Shown here: one piece after another, positions 62,066 to 64,000 of the stretch
Numbering within the stretch: position 1 is the stretch's first letter
How the letters are laid out: every line of letters starts with the position of its first letter
Assembly: GCA_030141605.1 (NCBI GenBank)
Contig: JAQGDQ010000439.1
Span: 124,001-188,000, forward strand
Direction of reading: 5' to 3'
Length of the DNA stretch: 64,000 bases
Origin: Tubiluchus corallicola
Lineage: Eukaryota > Animalia > Priapulida
Position numbers and translations under genes: made by a program
The notes under the pieces: model-generated
What the model was told of the DNA's origin: nothing
Seen by the model: only the letters and a program-made list of their open reading frames with translations
Databases searched by the model: none

Positions 62066-63352
62066 AATGCTGCATTATATCACAAATTACAAAATTCGTG
62101 ATTATGTAACAAAATTTACGTCATTATGCAGTAATCATTATGTAACAATGTTGCGTCATTCTGTAACAATCGTTAAGTAATAAAAATGGTTCATTATGTA
62201 ACAAGATAGTCCGGGTTTATCGGTCTGTTTTGTCATAGTCTCGATATGTCCTGATTATTGGACTGGGCCAGTTTCTTTCTGTTCTAGATACTGGCTGACT
62301 CTGGCTCGGTCCGGTGTGCTCTGTGACTGCTCGGTCGGGAGTCTAGTCTGTCTGAGGTATGTTTCTTCTGGATTTATCAGAGGTTTGGTCTGTGGCTGGT
62401 TTGCTTGGGGTTTGGTCTATCTGAGGTTTGAATTGTTAGATGTTTCCTCCATAGCTTTCAGTTTGCGGTCTGATCTGTGAACATCTGCTAAGATCTAGTC
62501 TGTCTGTCAATGATCTGTGGTTGGTCTGGTCTGTCTGAAATCAGGTCTACCTGAACTCTGATCTGTCAGAGGTCTGTTTTATGGCTCGTCATTCTAGCTC
62601 GGCTAGTCTGGTCTGTTTGAGGTTTGATCAGTCAGAGGTCTTGTTTGTGGCATGTGCTGGATCTGGTCAGTGAGCGGTCCAATTGCTCGGCGAGTCTGGC
62701 CTGGCTGGGCTTTAAACCAAAATTGAAAAATTGAGCTCTTTTATGGACAGCGAATTAGTCCACAGTATGTTATAGTCTGTGCACAATTTCTGATTCTTAC
62801 GAATGAACTTATGGTAACTTTCAAAGATAAATGTGTACAAAAATTTCCTCAACGTAAGACAAAGAACTAGGAACCAGATCCAGAATATCATTTCTCGTTT
62901 GCGACCATCTTTCAGTTTCTCTCATTGACAAACCTATACCCATGTCAAACGGGACTTCCGGTTCACATCCGGATAGATCCGGCTCAGACAAACTGGACGT
63001 CTGATAGACTAGTACAGACCAGACTACTGACAGGAAAACCTCTGGTATACCAGACTCCAGACCAGAGCAGATAGAAGTGGAGCCAGATGTTCATCCAGAA
63101 CAGGAAGGAACTGACCCCGTCTAATAATAATTAGACTACATCCAGATCATGACAATACCCGACCGCAGGGTCACAAATTGCGATTCACAATCATAGCTAC
63201 TTTAGTCTGCTGCATAATGCAATATTTTCTGTTACAATAATATGTCAAAAATATTACATAAAAATTTTACGAAGTGATCTAAAACTTTTGTTACGTAATG
63301 ATAAATTTTGTGCTTTGGTATACACTGCAGTAATTTTTCTCACATAATGCTG
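62066..63352. mobile_element. Nested fold-back DNA elements (outer CATTATGTAAC-repeat arms; inner long-TIR element 62221-63165)
   Basis: Outer arms carry cattatgtaac repeats versus inverted gttac.taatg-type repeats. Inner arms: ggtctgttttgtcatagtctcgat...gattattggactgggccagtttctttctgttctagat aligns with the reverse complement of 63090-63165. Confidence 0.7.
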
Positions 63353-64000
63353 CGGGAACGTGAAATTTGAGCATCAATAAATTACCTATTTCTTTTATTT
63401 TTATTTATTAAATTTTTAATGACTTACTTTAATTTTCTCTCTCACAATATTTTTTTAAAAATCATCGTTTCCTAGGAATCATCGTTAAATATATCCGGCA
63501 ATAAATTATGTTACATGCATAACAGCTAAACCCAATCAACTGACTTTCTAATTTTCACTTTAATTCAGAATTTTTATGCGTAGCTTTTAAAAAAGGAATG
63601 AAGCAGAAGACACCACAAGTTTGCCTTAGCATTTTATTAAAATATGACAGCGTTTTCACTCAAAAACATCTAGTGAATCACAAAAACAGTAAATACCAGA
63701 AATGTGAGTCTCAAAAAACTATTCACAACAAAACTGACCGTTGGTATAATTAGTGCAGCAATTTAACTAGCATTATATTTCAACATAGGAAAAACGTATA
63801 TGATAGAAGAGACTGTGTGGTGCATATCAAATTCTTCTATAGTTCGTTATAATGTTTATTGTTTAACCACCTCGTTAATAAAGATTACCACAAATTTAAT
63901 ATAGCTCTATTTGCTAGTAGGCCAGTACAGCAGAATTAATTTGTTATCACTGTAATGATAATAAGTATTTATTTTGGAGACTGGGACGTATTAGTAAATC

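Overview
AT-rich animal (bilaterian invertebrate, probably lophotrochozoan) genomic DNA with spliceosomal introns; no prokaryotic features. I assembled five protein-coding genes by hand from GT-AG boundaries with phase-consistent frames. (1) A CTR1/SLC31A1 copper transporter (-, 759-3272). (2) An unusual gene joining a perilipin-like segment, an acidic linker and a C-terminal tail anchor (+, 9893-12961), with apparently decayed PAT-like exons upstream. (3) Adducin/hts (-, 15165-29487, 15 coding exons). (4) An intronless peroxisomal NUDT19 (+, 38516-39607). (5) A strongly divergent heterotrimeric G-alpha subunit (-, 42492-52393). The G-alpha has a Gq-type exon structure but non-canonical G1 (GSAGSGKS) and G3 (DVAGQ) boxes, no visible N-terminal lipidation site, a ~26-aa helical-domain insertion and a novel C-terminus; it is the most interesting item. 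One of its introns carries a decayed ~400-codon ORF whose frame is restored by excising a hAT MITE, with a palindromic repeat array upstream. The remainder holds hAT-type MITEs, CR1 and hAT remnants, a tRNA-derived SINE, a hammerhead relic, nested fold-back elements and microsatellites. Family assignments come from recognised motifs only; no database search was possible.
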